Virus record (IMG/VR): IMGVR_UViG_3300021475_000005
DNA length: 64,000 nt
Strand: one strand, 5' to 3'
Origin: a virus
Taxonomy: Duplodnaviria > Heunggongvirae > Uroviricota > Caudoviricetes
Positions within the stretch are counted from its first letter, which is position 1, and every line of letters starts with the position of its first letter. Made by a program: the position numbers and the translations under genes. Shown here one piece after another: positions 34,206-43,910 of the stretch. The notes under the pieces are model-generated. The model saw nothing but the letters and a program-made list of their open reading frames with translations, did not search any database and was not told the DNA's origin.

Positions 34206-34268
34206 TGGAGCCAAGGGCTGGAATTACACCAGCCGGGACTTGCCCCCGTCTTTATACAAGACCTCGGC
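34206..34268 (-). ncRNA. Mini tRNA-like RNA 2 (63 nt)
   Basis: Acceptor GCCGAGG/CCUUGGC-U-CCA, T-arm GCUGG-UGUAAUU-CCAGC, truncated anticodon hairpin. Confidence 0.65.
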
Positions 34269-34274
34269 ATAAAC

Positions 34275-34350
34275 TGGAGCGGGTAAGGAGCCCAGTGATC
34301 TCCTCTATCTACGTTGGCAACGTAGCGCCTCGCCTCTAGGCTTTACCCGC
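34275..34350 (-). tRNA. tRNA-Gly(GCC), degenerate T-loop
   Basis: Loop UUGCCAA, U73, CCA. Confidence 0.83.
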
Positions 34351-34434
34351 ATTTAATTCTAGTTTCGCAATACGGCGCTCACGACGATGAGCAAACCTGA
34401 TATCACGACTGTGTGCTTTCTTGCTGCGCCGATT

Positions 34435-34508
34435 TGGAAGAGTGTATGGGAGTCGAACCCATATCGCTTGTTTTGCAGACAAGAGCCTCACCGCCCGGCT
34501 CACACCCT
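34435..34508 (-). tRNA. tRNA-Cys(GCA)
   Basis: Loop CUGCAAA, U73, CCA. Confidence 0.9.
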
Positions 34509-34516
34509 AAAAATCG

Positions 34517-34591
34517 TGGCACCAGTTGAGCGATTCGAACGCCCGACACGCGGTTTTGGAGGCCGCTGTTCTACCCCTGAACTAAACTGGT
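34517..34591 (-). tRNA. tRNA-Trp(CCA)
   Basis: Loop CUCCAAA, G73, CCA. Confidence 0.92.
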
Positions 34592-34614
34592 GTAAACTTT
34601 TGTGACTCAACGAG

Positions 34615-35142
34615 TCACTGAATATTTGCGTACTCTAGCAAAGCTTTATACGCGATGTCAACTGATCCTTCTGCTCCATCAACTTCAAGATGGATTTTTT
34701 CTGGACCAAACAACTGTCGAATCCGGTCGTCGAGTTCTCGCGCCTCGGATTCCGTCTGACTTCTTCCGTATGTCGCGTATGGTTTAACGCGGCGGACGTA
34801 GCAATTAAAATTATTATATCCCTCGTATAATTCCCAAACCCGTCGAGCGAACCAATCCTGCGTATAGTCGCCTTTCGTATACATCAGGCCAAGCGGTAGA
34901 GCCGTATCATGTATAATAAAATCCACATGCCCTAATAGATCGCGTAAACGCCGATCCTGCTCTCTTGTAACAACGCCCTGATCGTTGATTGTGTTCCAGT
35001 CTCGACGAAACGTGAGTTCTTTCGCATATTCTGGAACGTACTCTGCCTTATGCCCTCGGCTTTTCAGTTTGGCGATCAAGCCATACGACAAGGTCGATTT
35101 TCCGACTCCGGGACCACCTAACGAATTAAAGACGATTGTCAT
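34615..35142 (-). CDS. P-loop kinase/ATPase (AAA_28 / NadR-kinase-like)
   Basis: GGPGVGKST, EYVPEYAKEL, GRSQTESEA. Confidence 0.8.
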   Translation of the reverse strand: MTIVFNSLGGPGVGKSTLSYGLIAKLKSRGHKAEYVPEYAKELTFRRDWNTINDQGVVTREQDRRLRDLLGHVDFIIHDTALPLGLMYTKGDYTQDWFARRVWELYEGYNNFNCYVRRVKPYATYGRSQTESEARELDDRIRQLFGPEKIHLEVDGAEGSVDIAYKALLEYANIQ

Positions 35143-35633
35143 TATGTAATTTCTTTCTGTTTCTCTCTATATCGAGCCCCAGCGTCTCTTCGGCAAATCC
35201 GGCACCCTTCCTTACCATCGTAAGTCACTCTATTTTCCGGAATTTTCTCATGTCCTTGAGGACAATGAGTTTCAGACAATCTTTTCCATTCTTCCTGTAG
35301 TGGTGATAACTTAGGATACCTTTCGAACGTACGAATCTTATGGCAATTGGCACATACGACTTCACATTTAAGCGCTTCTTCCAATGATTTACGCCAGTTT
35401 CTACTTATGAATCTAGCTACATTGGCGGTCTTATCGTCACCTATGTGATCAAACTCAAGAACACGAAAATCATCATTCCCGCAATCTTTACATTTATGAT
35501 CACCGACAATTTTCAAAAGTTCTGCCCGCCATTCCCTATGTCGAACTTGCTCTTGATACCTTAGTCTTTCCTTATTGTCGGCCTTATACTTACGGTAATA
35601 AGCCCGATTTTCCTCGGGGGTCATTTTAGTCAT
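35142..35633 (-). CDS. HNH endonuclease
   Basis: CKDC...LEFDH...CEVVCANCHKIRT and a C-terminal THCPQGHE...CRIC; lower GC than neighbours. Confidence 0.85.
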   Translation of the reverse strand: MTKMTPEENRAYYRKYKADNKERLRYQEQVRHREWRAELLKIVGDHKCKDCGNDDFRVLEFDHIGDDKTANVARFISRNWRKSLEEALKCEVVCANCHKIRTFERYPKLSPLQEEWKRLSETHCPQGHEKIPENRVTYDGKEGCRICRRDAGARYREKQKEIT

Positions 35634-35653
35634 TTAATGGGATAACAAAATCC

Positions 35654-35929
35654 TTAGCCTGCTTTCGGTTTGATCCAAGCGCTCGGGACATAAGTTTCAG
35701 CCACATCTTTCGAGAGATCGACGAATCGCTTGATCTGCGAAAGCTCTTCAGCTTCTCTCTCTTCAGCCTCTACCTTGACGGTCTCAACCGTCTTCACAGC
35801 GGGCTCGGCATCCGGATCGAGCGGTTGCGCCAGCCATCCTTTTTCGAGGCGCAATTCATTCGCCTTTCCGACCGGAAGATCGAAAGGTTCGCCTGTCTCA
35901 GGATGATAAACACGGATACGATCCGGCAT
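35654..35929 (-). CDS. Hypothetical protein
   Basis: MPDRIRVYHPETGEPFD; downstream of the promoter motif at 35975. Confidence 0.6.
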   Translation of the reverse strand: MPDRIRVYHPETGEPFDLPVGKANELRLEKGWLAQPLDPDAEPAVKTVETVKVEAEEREAEELSQIKRFVDLSKDVAETYVPSAWIKPKAG

Positions 35930-36061
35930 GGCTGACCTCAACTATGAGGCGCACCTTAATTCAAGGAAATCGAGGAGTCAAGATCGCCGACTCTTCGTGT
36001 CATCGATTAATCCATATGCCGAATCTCCCCTACAAGGGGTAAAACTCCATATAAATCAATC

Positions 36062-36382
36062 TTAAATGTAGAAGACGACCGGAAGGAGGCGCTGCTCGCC
36101 GAAGATTTCTCCCGTCGAAAGGGTGACTCGGTAAGTAAGAAGGTAAGTATTGCCGGGCAATCCGCCTGTGATCTGCTGGATGACTCGTGTGCCGGATAAT
36201 GATGCTCCTCCCATACGAATATCGCTCGGCGAACTCGCATCTCCGGCAAAGAAGTCCGAATCGACCTCGAAGCTCGCAATGGTTGCGCCGGGAGATTGGG
36301 CTGCAATCTGCGCAGCAAAATCCATCGACGTAATCGGCTCTTCGAAACTGAACTTCGATGGAAATGATTGGGGTTTTATCAT
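36062..36382 (-). CDS. Putative virion protein (fibre adaptor-like)
   Basis: ITSMDFA...ITGGLPGNTYLLTYRVTLSTGE. Confidence 0.55.
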   Translation of the reverse strand: MIKPQSFPSKFSFEEPITSMDFAAQIAAQSPGATIASFEVDSDFFAGDASSPSDIRMGGASLSGTRVIQQITGGLPGNTYLLTYRVTLSTGEIFGEQRLLPVVFYI

Positions 36383-36406
36383 AACTCTACCTTTTCGGGA
36401 AGTCTA

Positions 36407-39400
36407 TCATGCAGCCATTGCGGTTGCAAAGAATCTGGGTGCCATCTCGGCTGCAAAACTACGAACCGCCATTGCATCCTGCGACTCACGGACGATCTGA
36501 TACTCGGCGAACGAACGGAGCGTGTTGATGCCGTCCCCGAACATACGGAGCGCCGTCTGATGGTGCCATGTGCGCCCAACGGCAGTAGTAACGAAGAAGA
36601 CACCCGAGAATTCAAGATAAGTGAAATAGGTGATCTCGACGCTGCTCTCAAAAGCGGTAAAGGCTTCAAAGTCAGTAGTGACGCCGGATGCTTCGCTCAC
36701 TGGAACGTTCGATGTCGTTGCCGACAGCGAAGCTACCACATCGATCTCGGGTAATGGGACCATCTGTGCGCTTGTGTTGATTTCAAGAGGAAATTCACCA
36801 TTGAAGATGACAGATGCATGAATAATAACTTCCGCATAAGACGTAATGAGTGCGGTTGCGCTTACAGCAGCCGACATGGCTATCTGAATGTCTGAATTCA
36901 ATGTCGTGAGCCAGTTCGTCGCAACATTTTCCGTATGAAGAGTAGTTGCAGTCCGTGAAATCTGCGATTCCATGCTGCCATCTATACGAGCACCAATTTC
37001 TTCCAATGGTTCAACAGCAGATTCCGCTTTCGTACCACTTTCTTCACGAACAGGTAGAGTTGCTAAGGTATTAGCGCTGAAATTAACCGGATTCGGCCAG
37101 ATAGCAGAACAGATACCGACCCAATCGATGCGCCCAATCAGGAATGCCTCTGCGGACATCGCAAATTCAATCTGATGCGTATGCGTTGCGCGTGTCTCTG
37201 TCGAATTTTCGTTGAAAATCGTCTCTGCGCGGAAAAGATTGGCTAAATACGTAATCTCGACAAGATTGACGCCCTCGGAAGACACAGAAATTTCCGGATC
37301 ACCCTCAAAATCCTGTGTTGAGACCATTCCGGCATCGAAAAACGCTTCAATCTCGGATTGCAGACTTGTATTGAACTCGACGAGGTCTGAAATACTGGTT
37401 TGAAGATCGCCAATCCAGTCACTATCGAGTTCTTCCGTCATGCTAACGTCTGTCAACGTCGCGATGCCGCTCTCAATCTGCGCGAACGAGCTTGCCAAGC
37501 CTTCAATAATTGAGATAGCGTTAGAAGTTACATTGGTTCCATACTCAATCTGAAACTTTTCTTGAATCGTGTGCATGATAGCCAACCAATTAGCCATCAC
37601 ATGGATAGAAGAAGCAATTGCAGTCTGCATCTCAAAGAATGTGCTCTGATCTGCTTGCGAAGATGCCAAGTTATACAGTGCTGTATTCAAATCCGCGCGA
37701 ACACTTGTAGAAAACTCCGTTTGCACACGCGATGTCGCTTGAGATAACACACCGAATTCAATCGGAGCGTATGTTGTCGATAAGAAGCTAGAATTGTGAA
37801 ATTCCAGAGGAGAAATATTATCTGCATTCAACGATGTGCGCCATTCGGAAGGTCCGGAAATATCCAGTTTCGATGACGCCGAGATTTCCATTTGAGAATA
37901 TGCTCGACCGTAAATGCCATAGCCAAAATCTACGAAGCCCAAGTTATCGGCACGCGCTGTCATGCCAAAATCGATATTCTGGTGTGCCGTGAAGCGAGCG
38001 CCTGTTGCGGCTTCGATCAGAACGTGAGTCAGCGCTAATGGCGCTGACAAATGATCGGAAGGAATTCGCGAATTATTGAATGAAGTTCCACTTTCCTCGA
38101 CGGTTCCAATATCGTCATGTTGCGCAGACATCCCACGCTCTGATACCGAGGCAATATCAGCTTTCGTCGTCATGCCAAAATCGTCAAAGATATGAATTCC
38201 GGCTTGTTCGTTTGTTAGATAATCGAATGCGACGTGTGGATTACTGTAAATACGCGCAGCGCTCTCCAGCGACCCAACAAGATCAATCTTCGATGAAGCT
38301 GCTCTTTCGGACGGCGCGCTGCTATCGCTGCGCGCTCCCATTCCAAACTCAGTTTGCTGTCTTGAAGTTGCACGCATTCCAGTTCCGAATTCAAGCGGGT
38401 TTCGTGGAGTGAATGTCGCAACGCTAGAGCCGAGGAACTCAGTCGGGACCAATTGATCTGTGTTCAACGTCGCTTGCCAGCATGGCAAGGAGACATTATC
38501 GCTTTTGGCTGAGCCTGCGAATTCTATCTGTTGTTTGGGTTGCACATTCTGTAATATATATGCCCAGTCCTGCACGGATGCAGTATCCGCTCTAAATGTC
38601 GCGCCGAATTCAATCAAATTATGTTCTTGAACGGTGTTTAAGATAATATGAAATTCTTGTGGAACGATTACATCCATAAATAGCGATGAAGCATATTCCA
38701 GTTTGGGGAGAACATCGGATTTTGCTGACATTCCCCATTCTTGGCTTGGGATCAGGTCTGTGTGTGTCGTCAGCGCAACTTCATTAACTCCATTGATATC
38801 GGAATTCAGGATGGAGAGCCAATCCATAGATGATAGGATATTTCCCATGATGGAAATGATCGGATTTTCAACAATGAACACTGGGCCTGACGTAATAGCT
38901 TGACGCTGTTGTGTCTCCACTACAAAAGACGGGAATGGGAATGCAGCGTTGATACGTGCGGAGTATTTCGCGATGAGCCACTCTGCGAATGCTAATGTGT
39001 CGGCAGCGATTTTAACGTTGGACAGCCAATCAAAATTGGTAAGAATGTTTCCGATCACAGTCAAAATCGGATTCTCATTCACAAAGACAGGTCCAGAAGT
39101 GATCGCTTGGCGCTGCTGCGTCTCCACTACAAAAGACGGGAATGGGAATGCAGCGTTGATACGTGCGGAATACTTGGCTGTCAGCCATTCCACAAACGCC
39201 ATCGTATCGGCGGTTACGAGCAATCCTTGCAGGGCGATTAAGCCGATTGTATCCGAATTTAACTGCGCTTGACTCTGGATAGGCGAGATAATGTCTAACC
39301 GATTAGATGCAGAGAACTCTTTCGGTGGGATCGCATCTGAGTTGAGACTTGACCCAAATTCAATCAAATTATGTTCTTGAACGGTGTTTAAGATAATATT

Positions 39401-40210
39401 AAATTCTGATGGAACGATTACATCCATAAATAGCGATGAAGCGTATTCCAGTTTGGGGAGGATATCGGATTTTTCGCTAGAAGCATTTTCTTGAGTCGAG
39501 AGAATATCAACCTTCGATGAAGTAGATAACTCAGATGCGGAGACAACATCATTTTTGGACGATGTCCCTCCTTCATTCTGGGAAAAAATATCAACGCGAT
39601 CCGAAGATGAAACTTCTAACCGAGTCAGTATATCGTTTCTTGCACTCGAAGCGATCTCTTGAATCGAAAGGATATCAGCTTTTGATAAGCTAGAGGACTC
39701 CAATGCTGGAATGATATCGCTTCTCGAAGATGCTCCTTCTTCAATTGGGGTAATAGAATCTACACGATCCGCAGATGCGATTTCTACATTTCCAAGATCA
39801 TCACGTCTTGATGTCACATCCGGTTCCACGCGAGGAACGATGTCGAACTGGATGTTATCACTAAACGTCAGACTACCGACGATATCGGACTTCGTTGTTA
39901 GAATAGGAATTTCATTGATAAAAGACGGACCACTGATAATTGCCTGTCGTCCGATGACGCCAGATTCAATCATCATTGCTGGAAAAGGGAGTCCTGCAAC
40001 GATCCGGGCATTGTATTTAATTATATTGAATTCGTTACGGCCAACGGTATCTGACAAGATACTAGATGCCGTTTCTTCCAAGCTGATAACGTCAGCGTTG
40101 ACTTTTTCAGAGCCAACGAGAAAAACAGACACAACAATGTTTTGTTGGCCTGCGCGTTCAGTGGCAAAAGCTGGGAAAGGAAATCCCGCGAGGATGCGCT
40201 GCGTGCTCAC
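36407..40210 (-). CDS. Large 14-residue-repeat protein (putative filament/fibre)
   Basis: 1267 aa; D-x5-E-x7 periodicity; four RIxAxFPFP modules. Confidence 0.7.
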   Translation of the reverse strand: MSTQRILAGFPFPAFATERAGQQNIVVSVFLVGSEKVNADVISLEETASSILSDTVGRNEFNIIKYNARIVAGLPFPAMMIESGVIGRQAIISGPSFINEIPILTTKSDIVGSLTFSDNIQFDIVPRVEPDVTSRRDDLGNVEIASADRVDSITPIEEGASSRSDIIPALESSSLSKADILSIQEIASSARNDILTRLEVSSSDRVDIFSQNEGGTSSKNDVVSASELSTSSKVDILSTQENASSEKSDILPKLEYASSLFMDVIVPSEFNIILNTVQEHNLIEFGSSLNSDAIPPKEFSASNRLDIISPIQSQAQLNSDTIGLIALQGLLVTADTMAFVEWLTAKYSARINAAFPFPSFVVETQQRQAITSGPVFVNENPILTVIGNILTNFDWLSNVKIAADTLAFAEWLIAKYSARINAAFPFPSFVVETQQRQAITSGPVFIVENPIISIMGNILSSMDWLSILNSDINGVNEVALTTHTDLIPSQEWGMSAKSDVLPKLEYASSLFMDVIVPQEFHIILNTVQEHNLIEFGATFRADTASVQDWAYILQNVQPKQQIEFAGSAKSDNVSLPCWQATLNTDQLVPTEFLGSSVATFTPRNPLEFGTGMRATSRQQTEFGMGARSDSSAPSERAASSKIDLVGSLESAARIYSNPHVAFDYLTNEQAGIHIFDDFGMTTKADIASVSERGMSAQHDDIGTVEESGTSFNNSRIPSDHLSAPLALTHVLIEAATGARFTAHQNIDFGMTARADNLGFVDFGYGIYGRAYSQMEISASSKLDISGPSEWRTSLNADNISPLEFHNSSFLSTTYAPIEFGVLSQATSRVQTEFSTSVRADLNTALYNLASSQADQSTFFEMQTAIASSIHVMANWLAIMHTIQEKFQIEYGTNVTSNAISIIEGLASSFAQIESGIATLTDVSMTEELDSDWIGDLQTSISDLVEFNTSLQSEIEAFFDAGMVSTQDFEGDPEISVSSEGVNLVEITYLANLFRAETIFNENSTETRATHTHQIEFAMSAEAFLIGRIDWVGICSAIWPNPVNFSANTLATLPVREESGTKAESAVEPLEEIGARIDGSMESQISRTATTLHTENVATNWLTTLNSDIQIAMSAAVSATALITSYAEVIIHASVIFNGEFPLEINTSAQMVPLPEIDVVASLSATTSNVPVSEASGVTTDFEAFTAFESSVEITYFTYLEFSGVFFVTTAVGRTWHHQTALRMFGDGINTLRSFAEYQIVRESQDAMAVRSFAAEMAPRFFATAMAA
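38607..39473. repeat. Intragenic direct repeats
   Basis: ~117-nt near-identical copies at 38607-38723 and 39357-39473 (offset 750 nt), enclosing a second duplication with offset 207 nt (38914 vs 39121). Confidence 0.85.
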
Positions 40211-40222
40211 GTCGCAATCCTC

Positions 40223-41560
40223 TTAGGAGAAATAGATAGCCGGGTCTACCCAGATGGTTTTCGACACTTTCGGAATCCGTACATAGGCACGAATATATCC
40301 TTGTGTCTGAGGTGTAAAAGAGACAGTGATTTTCTGTGCAATTGGGCTTGTCAGACCGGTAGTGACCCAAGAAGCTGATGAAGATGAGATATTTGCACCG
40401 GCAGCTAATGGGTCCGCTGGACCACTGGAAATCAATGATGCAAGGGGATCAGTGGTATCGGTGAGCCCGTAAACATCAAGATAGATATCAGAATTTTGAA
40501 GTGTCACACCGTCATTGAGTATTTCAAGGTTAACATTGACAGTCTGCCCTACCTTAGAATTCCAAGTATCGATTGGGAATGTTTCGAAAGGAAACGTATT
40601 ATTGGTATTAGCAGTGGTAATGATTTTCCACGACATCGATTGAACACTATCATTCGCGCCACCGCTGCGTACTACAGTTGTCTCCGTAGATAATGTACCA
40701 GCGTAGGTGTAGCGCTCCTGACGGTTCGTGGTGGCAGCCGAATCACAGTTTATCAAATCAATTATAGAAGCATCAATAGTAGGTGTAGCAGCGATAGTGA
40801 CCGATGCGCCTAGCTTACAATTAACAAATATAACTTTTAATGCACTCGCGACTGCTCCGACAATAATATGACCAGAGGCCAACGCACTCAGATCGCAGCC
40901 TTCAAACAGAACTATAGATGAAACGGCGGATGAGACAGAAATTAAGGTCGTAGGAATTGTAGCGCCTTGAATCAAACTAGGCGTATTCCGCCAGTAAACT
41001 GTGCCATTGACTGTAAGACCTTGGCTGGCATTGGAAAAACTACATGTCGTGTTAAACAACTCTATGTAACCAGTTCCAGAACCACCAGAAGTATTCGTGC
41101 CGATTACTATGCGAGCACCAGTGCCGGTGCATTTTACATTTAATTGGCAATTGATAAGTTTCAACCCTACAGGGACAGCCGCTGCACCTCCAATGTTTAA
41201 ATTGTTGCTACCAGACCCAGTTGCATTGTTGAAAATGATGCCGTAAATCTTCGCGTAGCCGGTTGTGGTAATAACGGCAGCACCTGTCACCGTGATCTGA
41301 CCAGTGGTGCGCAAGTCGGCTGAGACAGGAGGTACAGACCCTGCGTGGTTAACACAAATGACAAGGTCTGGGACAGCAGAAGTACCATTAAACGCAAGCG
41401 CGACGGAACCCGCAGTAGATTCGGCATGATCTTCCGAAACGTAGTAGGTATCTCCCGCTGCACCACCTGCTATCGCAGCCGTCATCGTCGTGTAGGCATT
41501 CGCCCACGACGTACCGTTATTCGAGCCTGCTGCGCCTGAACGAACGTAATGCGCTGTCAC
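40223..41560 (-). CDS. Putative virion beta-helix / fibre-like protein
   Basis: 445 aa, G/S/T-rich; YVRSGAAGSNNGTSWANAYTT start typical of beta-helix proteins. Confidence 0.6.
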   Translation of the reverse strand: MTAHYVRSGAAGSNNGTSWANAYTTMTAAIAGGAAGDTYYVSEDHAESTAGSVALAFNGTSAVPDLVICVNHAGSVPPVSADLRTTGQITVTGAAVITTTGYAKIYGIIFNNATGSGSNNLNIGGAAAVPVGLKLINCQLNVKCTGTGARIVIGTNTSGGSGTGYIELFNTTCSFSNASQGLTVNGTVYWRNTPSLIQGATIPTTLISVSSAVSSIVLFEGCDLSALASGHIIVGAVASALKVIFVNCKLGASVTIAATPTIDASIIDLINCDSAATTNRQERYTYAGTLSTETTVVRSGGANDSVQSMSWKIITTANTNNTFPFETFPIDTWNSKVGQTVNVNLEILNDGVTLQNSDIYLDVYGLTDTTDPLASLISSGPADPLAAGANISSSSASWVTTGLTSPIAQKITVSFTPQTQGYIRAYVRIPKVSKTIWVDPAIYFS

Positions 41561-41760
41561 GAATCATCCGTAGAGAATAGAGTGTTGTAATAATTAACTG
41601 TGGCTGTCAGATGCGCATCCAAATCGCATCCGGGCGCTGCAAGATATTGGATCATCTGAGTTGAGCCATCACTGATGGTAATGGTTTCAACAATCCAATG
41701 TGAACCGTCTGCTTGGGTGGCTCCGCTAGAATAACTCGATGAGACTACCGAAAGGGACAC
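41557..41760 (-). CDS. Hypothetical protein
   Basis: 67 aa; GGAGG RBS. Confidence 0.55.
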   Translation of the reverse strand: MSLSVVSSSYSSGATQADGSHWIVETITISDGSTQMIQYLAAPGCDLDAHLTATVNYYNTLFSTDDS

Positions 41761-41770
41761 AGTTCCTCCG

Positions 41771-42805
41771 TTAGGTCGTCTGACCCGTCACACGAATATC
41801 GAAAGAAGTCTTCGCCGCTGCGAGTCCTGCCGTTAAGGCAAGAGACAGCCACATACCTTGTGCGCCCGCAGCATTTGGCGTTGCACCAGATGGAAGATTC
41901 TGAGGCGACGGAACGTTGATGGTCTGCGGTGACGAGCCCGATGAGAACGACGTGATTCCAGAGACAGGTGCAGTCTGGCGATTGGCAACGGTGCCGGTAT
42001 CATTGAGCGCGTTCGTGAGTGCGAACTGCAATGTTCCAGAAGAAGGATCGACCTGTTTCGAGATTACCACAACTGTCAATGCGGTTGTGGTATTGCTGTT
42101 GACTGCAAAGATTTTTTCGTAATAGGTACGGTTCGAGCCACCCGGAACGTCGGCAGCCGCGTTATAGAACGGACGACGAATCTGTGTGACTTGGTTCGGT
42201 GCAAGGTCGAACAACATTCCTTCATAGATGGAATATGTCGATGCGGACGACGGCACAGTTCCCCATGCGCGGTTGACGTAGACGATGTCGCCCGAAATCC
42301 GGATGATGCGGCGAAGCTGGTTCTGAACACCAGAAGGCAGGTTGTTCGTGATGCGGATAATCTGCCCGACAGAAACGGAAGCGCCGTCGCCGGACTGAAG
42401 TGTGATGGATGCTGCGGTCGCACCTGATGCAGCCGAGGCCGCCTGCGCGGTGTGTGCTGAGATGACAGCCGTGTTCGAGATTGCTGCCAGATCGCCGACA
42501 GCCGTTGTACCAGCAATAACACCTTTCAAGAGGCGCTCAAAAGACTGCGATCCTGTAACTGGCGTTGTGCCGTTGAAAGTCTTGGTTTCGGTCTGGATGA
42601 CACCCGTGGAGTCGCGGCCTGAAAGTGTAATGGTCGCAGCCGTGTCCGAGGCAGATGACGAGACATAGTTCATCGTACCAGCAGGCGAGATGTCGTTGAA
42701 GAAGATCAACTTCGTGGTATCGAGCGCGCCGCCCGTGGTCGTGCCATCGCCGTCCGGCATATTTGCCGAACCGTAAAAATAGAGATCGCTTTCCAAGACA
42801 GACAT
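41771..42805 (-). CDS. Putative virion structural protein
   Basis: 344 aa, S/T/A/G-rich, strong codon bias. Confidence 0.65.
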   Translation of the reverse strand: MSVLESDLYFYGSANMPDGDGTTTGGALDTTKLIFFNDISPAGTMNYVSSSASDTAATITLSGRDSTGVIQTETKTFNGTTPVTGSQSFERLLKGVIAGTTAVGDLAAISNTAVISAHTAQAASAASGATAASITLQSGDGASVSVGQIIRITNNLPSGVQNQLRRIIRISGDIVYVNRAWGTVPSSASTYSIYEGMLFDLAPNQVTQIRRPFYNAAADVPGGSNRTYYEKIFAVNSNTTTALTVVVISKQVDPSSGTLQFALTNALNDTGTVANRQTAPVSGITSFSSGSSPQTINVPSPQNLPSGATPNAAGAQGMWLSLALTAGLAAAKTSFDIRVTGQTT

Positions 42806-42818
42806 TATTTAAATTCCT

Positions 42819-43124
42819 TTATTCAGCCAGCGTGATCCAGATGCTTCCATTGCCCGATGCGCTGGCAGCAATTACGGCGGAAATCTGCTCTTCGCCGAAG
42901 ATCGAGACTTCGACAATTGTATTGGCGGGGATGCGGGGGGCCGATGAAGGATCGACAGTTGGGGAAACCGTTCCGACCGGATCGCGTTGAATATGGATAT
43001 CCACATCACTCGAAATCAGCAGCCGGAATTTTCTGACATCCGGGACATCAGCCGTATAAACAGTTGCGGCGGAGTTCGTCACCGATTCGACGACGGTTAC
43101 GCCAATGAAGCCGAAGTGAATCAT
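42819..43124 (-). CDS. Hypothetical virion-associated protein
   Basis: 101 aa, beta-rich. Confidence 0.55.
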   Translation of the reverse strand: MIHFGFIGVTVVESVTNSAATVYTADVPDVRKFRLLISSDVDIHIQRDPVGTVSPTVDPSSAPRIPANTIVEVSIFGEEQISAVIAASASGNGSIWITLAE

Positions 43125-43130
43125 CTAGGA

Positions 43131-43349
43131 TTATCTCTTATTATAGAAGTCTGGATTTTCCGACTTCAACGGAAAACGGCCACCGTTCTGAAGATCATAC
43201 TCGCCGCCGCTAACAATCTTGGCACTTGTTACAGTGTGACCGGCTGACTTGAGTGATTTCACAAATTCGAACGCCATCTGATCGATGTCTTGCGGGATAC
43301 CATTGTGGTGGCATCCAGTGACGTGAATGCTGATGATGTTATTTCCCAT
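43131..43349 (-). CDS. Hypothetical protein
   Basis: MGNNIISIHVTGCHHNG...FVKSLKSAGHTV. Confidence 0.6.
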   Translation of the reverse strand: MGNNIISIHVTGCHHNGIPQDIDQMAFEFVKSLKSAGHTVTSAKIVSGGEYDLQNGGRFPLKSENPDFYNKR

Positions 43350-43755
43350 CTTCAGCTTTCGCTTCACGAGCTTGGCGACGACGCTTCGCTGCCGGTGTTT
43401 CAGGGATTACAACTGATTCTTCTTCGCCTGTGTCATCCGGCTCGTCGAGTACAGGGTCTTTAAATGCCTCTACTTCGACGACTTCCTCAACAACAGGTTC
43501 TTTCTCGACGCCAAGCGTGCGCTCACCGATGGCATTGCCGCCAGTCCCCATGCGATCAAGAAGTTCTTGTGTCGCTGACTTCGGAGACGGCGGCGTGGAA
43601 CGTGCGAATGGGACTGGGTCCATAGGAGACCCGGCTTTCTGCTCGGGCTTCCATTTCCAGTAGCCGCTGCAACCATTCACGAGGTCTCGGGCATTGAGAA
43701 GACTCTCATCACGAACTTCTCCCTGCTGCCCATACACTTTGACTGTCTTTGCCAT
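43339..43755 (-). CDS. Hypothetical protein
   Basis: MAKTVKVY start with AGGA RBS; downstream of the promoter motif at 43834. Confidence 0.6.
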   Translation of the reverse strand: MAKTVKVYGQQGEVRDESLLNARDLVNGCSGYWKWKPEQKAGSPMDPVPFARSTPPSPKSATQELLDRMGTGGNAIGERTLGVEKEPVVEEVVEVEAFKDPVLDEPDDTGEEESVVIPETPAAKRRRQAREAKAEDGK

Positions 43756-43910
43756 TCTTGTTCCTAATTTTTCGGGATTAATGGCGCTCGGGTGCACCAG
43801 ATTTGTGGTTCAGATATACTATGAACAGCTTGAGTGTCAAGGATTCCGACCTCATCTGTCAGTTAAGGGAAATGGTGTAATGAGTTTTATCTCATTACAC
43901 CATCAACTTA

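Noticed and set aside
34592-35650. A codon-matched leader for the Trp/Cys/Gly cluster
   Set aside because: None found; the cluster directly follows the kinase and HNH genes, with only a GTGACTC/GAGTCAC palindrome between.
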